64,000 bases of DNA from a virus, in the IMG/VR virus record IMGVR_UViG_3300048074_000065; one strand, given 5' to 3'. The notes under the pieces are model-generated. The model did not search any database and was not told the DNA's origin. It worked only from the letters and a program-made list of their open reading frames with translations. Positions 32,673 through 40,284 of this stretch are shown here, one piece after another (position 1 is the stretch's first letter; the number at the start of each line of letters is the position of its first letter). Both the position numbers and the translations under genes were made by a program.

Positions 32673-33689
32673 ATGATCGAGAGTCGCGGTTTTAACTACC
32701 TCCACTTCCGCAAATGGGCCTGCGATGGCTACAGTTATTACGCCATGTCGCAGATCAAAGCGCTGGCTCAGGTCGGTGCCAAGGTGTATCCCGGACTGCT
32801 CATGGAATTGGATGAGACGCCGGGCTGGTATAACTACCTGCGCGGGTTGGATATGACCCGCCTGAATGTGGTGCTTGCTCCCCCGCATGACCTGAAAGCC
32901 ATGCCGGGTCGGGTCTTCTCCAGCACCATGTACGAAAGCACCCGCATCCCCGACGACTGGGCGACCCATGTCAACACCAAAGCCGAACGCCTGATCGTCC
33001 CGTGTCAATGGTGTGCGGACGTATTTCGCGATAACGGCGTAACGACCCCTATTCACATCATTCCGGGGGGCGTCGATCCGGTGGAGTTTCCCGCCACGGG
33101 CATCCCCCTCCCGACCAACCGCCCTTACACCTTTCTGGCGTTTGGGGACCGGGGCAGCCGTAAGGGGCAGGACCTCGTGTGGGAAGCCTTTTACAACGTG
33201 TTCGGGGATAACCCGGACGTGCGCCTGATTGTCAAGACCCGGCAGGGTGGCCTCCCCTGGCTCTCGACGGCCAAGGGCGACCGGCGGGTGACCATCTGGC
33301 GCGAGGACGTGCCCCACATGGCGGACGTGTATGCGCATGTGGACTGCGTGGTCAATCCAACCAAAGGCGAAGGCTGGGGGCTGTTTCCACGGGAGGCGGC
33401 CTGCACCGGGAAACCGGTCATCTGCACCGCGTTTGGCGGAACCCTGGACGGCATCGAACACTGGGGCATTCCCATCGTCAATTATAAGATGGTCCCAGCG
33501 GCCATCCTGGGCGGCGGTGAGTGGGCCATGCCCGATGTCGAAGAAGTCGGCACGCACATGCGCTGGTGTTACGACCACCGCGAGGAAGCATGGCAGAAGG
33601 GTCAGCAAGCGGCGGTGTGGCTGCGTGAGCACCAGACCTGGCAGCATTCGGCCCAGCAGTTGATGACCTTGATTGAGGAGTGGGGCTAA
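32673..33689 (+). CDS. GT-B (GT4-like) glycosyltransferase directly downstream of the capsid gene
   Basis: EX7E in KGEGWGLFPREAACTGKPVI and the block FLAFGDRGSRKGQDLV. Confidence 0.65.
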   Translation: MIESRGFNYLHFRKWACDGYSYYAMSQIKALAQVGAKVYPGLLMELDETPGWYNYLRGLDMTRLNVVLAPPHDLKAMPGRVFSSTMYESTRIPDDWATHVNTKAERLIVPCQWCADVFRDNGVTTPIHIIPGGVDPVEFPATGIPLPTNRPYTFLAFGDRGSRKGQDLVWEAFYNVFGDNPDVRLIVKTRQGGLPWLSTAKGDRRVTIWREDVPHMADVYAHVDCVVNPTKGEGWGLFPREAACTGKPVICTAFGGTLDGIEHWGIPIVNYKMVPAAILGGGEWAMPDVEEVGTHMRWCYDHREEAWQKGQQAAVWLREHQTWQHSAQQLMTLIEEWG

Positions 33690-34027
33690 TGGCACTCAGC
33701 GATGCGGATCGGCGTTACGTCCAATACATGACGGGCATCGGCATCACCGAAGCGGTGTTCACCAACACCCAGTTGGATGAATGGTATACCGAAGCGGGGG
33801 ATGACAAAAAGGCCCTGATCCTGACGGTCTGGTATGCCCTGCTGGCCGATGCCTCACGGCTGTACGATTACCGCCTGGCGCAGTCGGCGGAAAGCAAGTC
33901 GCAGATTTACAAGAATATCAAGGACCAAATTTCGATCTGGGAGCAGAAGGCAAACCAGGCGCAGCAAGTCCGACTGGTGGGGATGCGTGGCATTCCCCCG
34001 ATAGACCGGGAGTCACCGAGTTCCTGA
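33689..34027 (+). CDS. head-tail connector/adaptor (putative)
   Basis: 112 aa, the first of four small overlapping ORFs between the head and tail-tube genes. Called from position only. Confidence 0.4.
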   Translation: MALSDADRRYVQYMTGIGITEAVFTNTQLDEWYTEAGDDKKALILTVWYALLADASRLYDYRLAQSAESKSQIYKNIKDQISIWEQKANQAQQVRLVGMRGIPPIDRESPSS

Positions 34028-34416
34028 TGGGTCTCAATGCGTGGTTGGGCGTCAGTGGCATTCTGGAAACAACTATCGACGACAACGATAAGGCGTATGA
34101 CACCGCGCGCCGCATTGCCGAGCAGCCGACGACCATCACGCGCAAGCGCTTGGGGGTGGCCAACGCCGATTTGGTCGTGCGGATTGAAGCCCTGACCCCG
34201 CGCACCGACATCTCCAGCCCGGCGGGCAACCTGGGGCAGAAGCAGGACATGCTGATCCTGGGTTATCGGGGACATCCCACGATTTCGAATACCGTGCTGT
34301 ATCGCGGCGACCGGTTCTTCCACGCCGGGCAGATGTACGTGGTGGTCGATGTCTGGGACAACATCCCCGGACGGTTGCTGGCGGTCGCCGAAGCCAGTGG
34401 GGAGCAGCGGTCATGA
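34027..34416 (+). CDS. head-tail joining protein (putative)
   Basis: 129 aa with a TGATG overlap. Called from position only. Confidence 0.4.
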   Translation: MGLNAWLGVSGILETTIDDNDKAYDTARRIAEQPTTITRKRLGVANADLVVRIEALTPRTDISSPAGNLGQKQDMLILGYRGHPTISNTVLYRGDRFFHAGQMYVVVDVWDNIPGRLLAVAEASGEQRS

Positions 34417-34889
34417 GAGCGCCGGAACCCATCGGAGATGTCACGCTACGCAGTGTCGAAGCGGGCTTCGAGTGGCTGGTACCGCCCGAACAAGCCTTTG
34501 GCGAGCTGGCCGAGGCTTATCTGAACTACTTGCGGGAAGCGCTGAACGTGGTCATGCAGACGCGGGCGAACGACATCCTGGCCTGGATGAAGGACAACGC
34601 CCCCTGGCAGGACCAGACGGGCAACGCCCGGCGCACCCTGTTCACCCAGGTCATTCAGGGCTTGACGGATGTCACGATCCTGCTGTCGCACGGCATGTAC
34701 TATGGGTTTTGGTTGGAGGTCAAGTGGGCCGGACGCTACAGCATCATCAGCCCGGCGCTCGACCATTGGGCACCCATCATCATGCAGGACTTGCAGAAGC
34801 TCGTGCGCGGCGGTCAGTTCGCCCAGACGGCCATCAGCCGCACGTGGAATCCCGACACGCAAACGGCGTCGTATGAGGGCACCCCATGA
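34413..34889 (+). CDS. head-tail joining protein (putative)
   Basis: 158 aa with an ATGA overlap. Called from position only. Confidence 0.4.
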   Translation: MRAPEPIGDVTLRSVEAGFEWLVPPEQAFGELAEAYLNYLREALNVVMQTRANDILAWMKDNAPWQDQTGNARRTLFTQVIQGLTDVTILLSHGMYYGFWLEVKWAGRYSIISPALDHWAPIIMQDLQKLVRGGQFAQTAISRTWNPDTQTASYEGTP

Positions 34890-35353
34890 CTTTCATGGAT
34901 GACATCAAAGCGGTGCTGGTGGCCGATACCGGGGCGGGGGGTGTCGCGACCCTGTGTACGGGTGGCGTGTTCACCTATAAACAAACTGGTCGCAACGGGA
35001 TTACCCGTCTGATCGCCAATGCCCCGTTCGATGCGACTACGGGCTTACTGAAGCCCTGCTGCCTGGTCAAAGGCCGTGAGGAAGTGCCGGACGGCGCGAT
35101 AGATGACGACCAGACCCAGGACGTAAGTTACCGGCAGGTGGTCGAGTTGTGGTTTTACGATGACGGGGATAACGATTACACCGCCATCGAGAGTGCCCGA
35201 AGTCGTGCCAAAGTGTTGCTGCACGGCAAGATGATCGGGAGTAGCAAGTTCATCCCGCACTGGGCGGGCAACATCCTGACCCAGCAGCGTGACGAAGCGT
35301 TAGAGAATGCCCTAATGATCCGGTCGGACTTCGCGATCCGGGCGATAGGATAG
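34886..35353 (+). CDS. tail terminator/completion protein (putative)
   Basis: 155 aa with an ATGA overlap. It immediately precedes the tail-tube gene. Confidence 0.4.
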   Translation: MTFMDDIKAVLVADTGAGGVATLCTGGVFTYKQTGRNGITRLIANAPFDATTGLLKPCCLVKGREEVPDGAIDDDQTQDVSYRQVVELWFYDDGDNDYTAIESARSRAKVLLHGKMIGSSKFIPHWAGNILTQQRDEALENALMIRSDFAIRAIG

Positions 35354-35362
35354 GAGAAGACA

Positions 35363-35896
35363 ATGGCAATTACGCAAAGTTTCATGTACGGCCTGTCGGA
35401 CGCCAAGATCGCCGTCTGGAATGCCGCCCAGAGTTATGGGACGGCGCTGGACGTGGAGTCCGTGAAGGTCTTCGGGGTCGAACTGGACATGGAGAGCGGC
35501 GAACTGGAAGGCGATGACATCATCACCGACAGCCACTCCAAAATCCAGGCGGCCAACATCACGCTGGGCTTCGGTCTCAAAGACAACGACGTCCTGGCCA
35601 TCCTGACCGGCGTTACCAACACGGTCAGCACCAACACCGAAAGCATGATCTTCGGGCGGGATAACATGCCCTACTTCGCCATCTGCGGGCGGGTCGATAA
35701 GACCACGGGCGGCGGCGATATGTGGCTGTTCATTCCCAAAGTCAAGCTCATGTCGGGCTTGAACTTCTCGATGGCCAAGGGCGCGTACATCGAAGAGAAC
35801 GTGTCGGCGCGTGCCCATTATGAATCGACCGTCTACGGCGTGATGAAGCTCATCCACCACGCGACGGCGACGGCTGTTACCATCCCACCCACGTAG
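35363..35896 (+). CDS. major tail (tube) protein (putative)
   Basis: 177 aa with a GGAGAAG RBS. It lies upstream of the chaperone pair and the tape measure. Confidence 0.55.
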   Translation: MAITQSFMYGLSDAKIAVWNAAQSYGTALDVESVKVFGVELDMESGELEGDDIITDSHSKIQAANITLGFGLKDNDVLAILTGVTNTVSTNTESMIFGRDNMPYFAICGRVDKTTGGGDMWLFIPKVKLMSGLNFSMAKGAYIEENVSARAHYESTVYGVMKLIHHATATAVTIPPT

Positions 35897-35913
35897 TCTA
35901 GAAGAGGGTTGCA

Positions 35914-36450
35914 ATGGTTGACCAGTTAGCATTGACACCGCCCAGCGAATGGCGGAAAGAATCGGAGGGGGTGCTGTATCGGCTCCCCTCCGGTCGAGTG
36001 GCGCGGTTGAGAGGCGTCCAGTTTGACTTCTTCGTGATGACCGGCAAGATCATGGACAGTTTGACGCCCATTATCGCCGACATCATGGAGGGCAAGAAGG
36101 ATGTCGAGGCCATGCTGCCTGACAAAATCGCGGACCTGCAACAGTACATCAATATCCTCAACTCGGTGTGCCGCTGCGCGTTCGTGGAACCGCAAATCGT
36201 GGACCCGCCCGTCTCAGACAGCCAGATCAGCATCAACGATGTGCTGTTCGAGGACAAGGAGTTCGTCTACCACCTGCTGGGGATCGCGACACGCGACTTG
36301 GAACGCTTTCGTCGCCAACAAGAAAGCACTCTGGACGGTGTGGTGTCTCCAGAAGGACACCTACCAGCCAGCGAGCCACCTGCTGAACCTGCGGGCGTGG
36401 GCGACAGCGAAGACGGGGCTGGACGGGTGGTGGACAGCCTTCCAGTTTGA
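35914..36450 (+). CDS. tail assembly chaperone (gpG-like)
   Basis: 178 aa, directly upstream of the tape measure and overlapped by a second open frame. Confidence 0.55.
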   Translation: MVDQLALTPPSEWRKESEGVLYRLPSGRVARLRGVQFDFFVMTGKIMDSLTPIIADIMEGKKDVEAMLPDKIADLQQYINILNSVCRCAFVEPQIVDPPVSDSQISINDVLFEDKEFVYHLLGIATRDLERFRRQQESTLDGVVSPEGHLPASEPPAEPAGVGDSEDGAGRVVDSLPV

Positions 36451-36613
36451 TCGCGCGGTCTCCTGGTTTGGGCGGCACGTCGAAGGGCTGTTGAACGAGA
36501 CTGACGATAAAGGACACTACAAACACACCTTGGCCGAGGTGTTGGGCGACGAGCCGGACAAGCAAGAGGCCCTGGACTGGCTCACTGGGATGTTTGGAGT
36601 AATCCGCACATGA
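36101..36613 (+). CDS. tail assembly chaperone frameshift extension (gpT-like; only the 3' part, from about 36300, is likely translated)
   Basis: The frame is offset by +1 (or -2) from 35914-36450. The plausible sequence ...LLNLRAWATAKTGLDGWW...DWLTGMFGVIRT ends in an ATGA overlap with the tape measure. Confidence 0.4.
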   Translation: MSRPCCLTKSRTCNSTSISSTRCAAARSWNRKSWTRPSQTARSASTMCCSRTRSSSTTCWGSRHATWNAFVANKKALWTVWCLQKDTYQPASHLLNLRAWATAKTGLDGWWTAFQFDRAVSWFGRHVEGLLNETDDKGHYKHTLAEVLGDEPDKQEALDWLTGMFGVIRT

Positions 36614-39600
36614 GTGTGTTCGACCAGATGGGCTGGTCTTCCAAGGGAGCCGAGGGTACGGGCAACTCGGTCGGCAATGCGCAAGGACGTATCACGATTG
36701 ATACGTCCAGTTTTGCAGCGGCTCGTTCCGCCATCCTGAAGGAAAGCAAGGCGCTCTCGGATGCGGTGCGCAAGAATCTGGGCGACGTGTCCAAAGCCGC
36801 CGCCCAGATGGCTAAAGTTGATCTCGAAAACCTCAAACAAGCCAACAAAATCGCTCTGCTGGATTACCGCGAAACGCTCAAGGCGCGTGCCCAAGAAGCC
36901 CGTGCGGCCAATAAGCAGGAAACCGAAGACCGCCGCGCCCAAATCCGTGAGATTGAAGCCGCCCTGAAACACCAGGCGGCGATTGAACGCGATGCGCTGC
37001 GTGCCCACGCCCTGGAATTATCCGCCGCCACCAAAGCCGAACAGGCGACCCGTCAGGCCCAAGTCCGGGAAATCGAAGCGGCGCTTAAGCATCAGGCCAC
37101 GATAGAAAAAGATGCCCTCAAAGCCCAGCAGCGGGAACAGCAGACCCAGATCAAAGCCCAAACTGAAGCAACCCGTGCGCGGGTGCGTGCCGCCGAGCAG
37201 GAACTCAAGTCTCGCCAACGCGCCGCGACCGAAGCCTTGAAGATCGAAAAGCAACTGGCAGAAGAACGGGCGGCAGTATGGGACCGTCGCATGACCGCCG
37301 TCGGCGCAGCGGCCACGGCGACCGTCGGTCTCGGTCTCACCACCGCGCAGGACATCAAGGTGCTCCGCGCGCAGTTCAAGTTGTTCTACGGCGACCAGCG
37401 CAAGTCGAATGCCGAGATGGAACGGCTGCGCGACCTGGCAGAAAAGCTCAACCAGCCGTTTCTGGAAGTGCTGCGCAACGCCACCGAGCTGATCCCCGCC
37501 GTCAAGGGTACGACCGCCGAACTGTCCCAAGCGACCATTATCTCGCAGAAGTTGGCGACTCTGTTGCCTGAAATGGCCAACCGGGCGGGCTTTGCTCTGC
37601 GCGAGTTCAGTGTCGGGCAGTATATGTCGCTGACCCGCGTCTTCAACCTCAACCGCGAGAAGCTGAAAGAAATCCTGGACTTGGCCAACGGGGATGTCAA
37701 GATCGCCTTTGACCTGTTGGACGAGTACCTGGGCCAACTCGGCGTCACCACCGAGCGGTTGGCTGAAGTCGGACGTGAGACGAATGCGTTCAAGACTCTG
37801 AAGTCGGAACTGCAAGAGACGCTGGCGACCGGCTTCATGCCCATGCGCGACGCCCTGTCCGACATCACCTGGGGTCTGAACGACATGCTGCGCACCGTGC
37901 GCGAGCTGCACCCCGACCTGCTGAAACTGGCGGCGACGTTGACCGCGATTGTAGCGGTGTCGCAGTCGGGACGGGTGGTGGGCAACCTGCCCATGATCGG
38001 TAAGTTCGCGGGTAGTTTAGGATTGCCCAAGGTCAGCGCGGGCACGCTGGGACGCGCAGGCGTCTATGGCGGAGCGATTGCGGGTGGGGCACTCCTGGGG
38101 ACCGAGATCGTTAAGTCCAGTGGCATCGACCCCAACTATTCGCTGCGCAAGGCCGGGGAGACACTGGCGCAAATCTTGTTTCTGTTGGCCAAAGCGGTCG
38201 GGGAAGTGGTCAAAGGACTGGCGTCCATCATCGACTGGGTAACCGATGGGTTGAGTAAAGCCGGTCAGCAACTTATTGATGCGCTCGGCAAAATTGTTTA
38301 CGACATTGCGAAAATCCTGTCTAAATATGGACTGGCGGCCACTCCTGAACCTCGGAAGGGCAAAGCCACCCCGTCGCTGTTGACTCCGGTCGATGCCAAC
38401 GTGCCCTTTACGCAGGGCTACCTAGGCAAGTCGGTCACCGAAACCACGGCGGAATATCAGAAGCGCATCGGGGCGTATTACGAGACGCAGTGGAAGAAGG
38501 TCGAGGATAGCAGCAAGTCCTGGTCGGAAAAGATGGCAGATGACATCGACAAGGGCTTGATTGCGTTGGGCGAAGCGGTGGGTATCATTAAGCCCGCCAA
38601 GTCTACCTTAACACATGGCGGGTTGCAGGCGGGACGCACCCTCGGCGGGGCGACGGGAACCTTGACCATGACGGACGAACTGCTGGACGAGTGGCAGAAG
38701 TTCCAGCAGGATTTGTTCGACATCGCGGTCGAGTACAACCAGAAGATCACCGACCTGACGCTGGAGCATAACAGCGAGTTGGCCGACCTCAATCAGAAGT
38801 TGGGCGACGATCTAGTGCAGGCGGCAGCCGACGAACAAGAACGTTACCTGGAAGCGCTGCAAAAGGCACGCGACAGCGAAGCGGAAATCCGCCTGGACCT
38901 GGCCGATAAACTGGCGGAAGATGACGCCGACTTGGCTGACAAGCTCCTGGAAATCAATGACGATTACCAGAAGGCGGACGAAAAGGCGGTTAAGGATCAC
39001 CTGAAGGCGCTGAAAGACATCCAGGAAGAAGGGCGACTGGCGATCTTATCCGCCGCCGCTCGGCTGGATGGCGTGGCCGTGTGGGAAGCCATGCAGCGTA
39101 TGCAGAAGCAGTTGAAGGACGAGCAGGACTCCTTCCAGGATGAACGCAAAGAACGCCAGAAGAAACTCGACGACCAACTCGCCGATGAACTCAAGGCGCA
39201 CGACAAGAGTGCCTTGCAGGATCAGCAAGCCGCCGATAAGAAGATTACGAAGCTCTGGGAGCAGTACCGCAAGGAAGAGGCGGCGGCGGTGACCGATTAC
39301 AACCAGAAGTTGGCGGATTTGCGCAAGAACTTCACTGACCAGCAGACCGAGTACGGCAAGCAGTACACCCAGCGCCTTAACCAACTGATTGCGCAAGGCG
39401 CTTCTGAAAAGCAGCAGGCGGAAGACAATTTTACGGACACCTTCAATGCCATCGAAGAAGAAGCGGGGTTACACGAAGCGGATTTGCTCAAAATCCACCA
39501 GGAAGGCAACACCGCTATCGAAACGCAATTGACCACATGGTACGAGGGCATGAAAGCCAAGTTTGCGGGCGTAGTCGCCCCCACGGCGGCAGCCATCGCA

Positions 39601-39894
39601 GGCGGCGTGACCAAGACCTATCAGGGGGGCGGGCGGCTGGCGGTCTCTGGAATATTTAAGGGTGAACGCGGTGAAACCATGCTGCGCCAGGACACCACCC
39701 GGCAGATCAGCCGCATGTTGGGCGACAACTGGACGCCCAGTTCGCTGACAGCGGCACTGGCGGGCGGCAGTAAGGGCGGGAGGGGACCGGTCGGTCCGAT
39801 TGCCATCAACATCTATGGCGAAACGCGGCGCAGCGATGCGGAGATTGAGAACTTGGTCCGGCGTGAGCTGGTGACAGTCTTTGAGGGGTTGTAG
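36610..39894 (+). CDS. tape measure protein
   Basis: 1094 aa, coiled-coil rich with internal duplications (REIEAALKHQA.IE.DAL twice). Canonical position. Confidence 0.8.
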   Translation: MSVFDQMGWSSKGAEGTGNSVGNAQGRITIDTSSFAAARSAILKESKALSDAVRKNLGDVSKAAAQMAKVDLENLKQANKIALLDYRETLKARAQEARAANKQETEDRRAQIREIEAALKHQAAIERDALRAHALELSAATKAEQATRQAQVREIEAALKHQATIEKDALKAQQREQQTQIKAQTEATRARVRAAEQELKSRQRAATEALKIEKQLAEERAAVWDRRMTAVGAAATATVGLGLTTAQDIKVLRAQFKLFYGDQRKSNAEMERLRDLAEKLNQPFLEVLRNATELIPAVKGTTAELSQATIISQKLATLLPEMANRAGFALREFSVGQYMSLTRVFNLNREKLKEILDLANGDVKIAFDLLDEYLGQLGVTTERLAEVGRETNAFKTLKSELQETLATGFMPMRDALSDITWGLNDMLRTVRELHPDLLKLAATLTAIVAVSQSGRVVGNLPMIGKFAGSLGLPKVSAGTLGRAGVYGGAIAGGALLGTEIVKSSGIDPNYSLRKAGETLAQILFLLAKAVGEVVKGLASIIDWVTDGLSKAGQQLIDALGKIVYDIAKILSKYGLAATPEPRKGKATPSLLTPVDANVPFTQGYLGKSVTETTAEYQKRIGAYYETQWKKVEDSSKSWSEKMADDIDKGLIALGEAVGIIKPAKSTLTHGGLQAGRTLGGATGTLTMTDELLDEWQKFQQDLFDIAVEYNQKITDLTLEHNSELADLNQKLGDDLVQAAADEQERYLEALQKARDSEAEIRLDLADKLAEDDADLADKLLEINDDYQKADEKAVKDHLKALKDIQEEGRLAILSAAARLDGVAVWEAMQRMQKQLKDEQDSFQDERKERQKKLDDQLADELKAHDKSALQDQQAADKKITKLWEQYRKEEAAAVTDYNQKLADLRKNFTDQQTEYGKQYTQRLNQLIAQGASEKQQAEDNFTDTFNAIEEEAGLHEADLLKIHQEGNTAIETQLTTWYEGMKAKFAGVVAPTAAAIAGGVTKTYQGGGRLAVSGIFKGERGETMLRQDTTRQISRMLGDNWTPSSLTAALAGGSKGGRGPVGPIAINIYGETRRSDAEIENLVRRELVTVFEGL

Positions 39895-40284
39895 ATGAGC
39901 AGTTACCAGATCGTCGATGGCTACAACAACGCGGGCACGCTGGCGACCTTCAGCCCGCAACCGGCTTCGCCCGGCATTCTCTACCCGCGCCGTGACATCG
40001 CCGTGAGTGGGCATGAGTACGTCAACGGGCAGCCCTATACCTTCTGGCAGTACAAGGGCATCATCCCCGCCAGCCAGTACGATGCCCTGCTGACATTGTT
40101 CGGGTTGAGCAACACGGTCGTCTCCAACGAGGTGACGGTCAAGACCATGACGGACCCGGATCGCACCACCTGGGCCAACTACAACGCTATCATCGTGCTG
40201 CCGGTGAATGGGCAGGACGTGACCTACGAACGGGGCTTCTGGCGAGACGCGAAGTTCAAAGTCAAACTGGTGGCGGCGCTATGA
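39895..40284 (+). CDS. distal tail protein (putative)
   Basis: 129 aa, immediately after the tape measure. Confidence 0.4.
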   Translation: MSSYQIVDGYNNAGTLATFSPQPASPGILYPRRDIAVSGHEYVNGQPYTFWQYKGIIPASQYDALLTLFGLSNTVVSNEVTVKTMTDPDRTTWANYNAIIVLPVNGQDVTYERGFWRDAKFKVKLVAAL

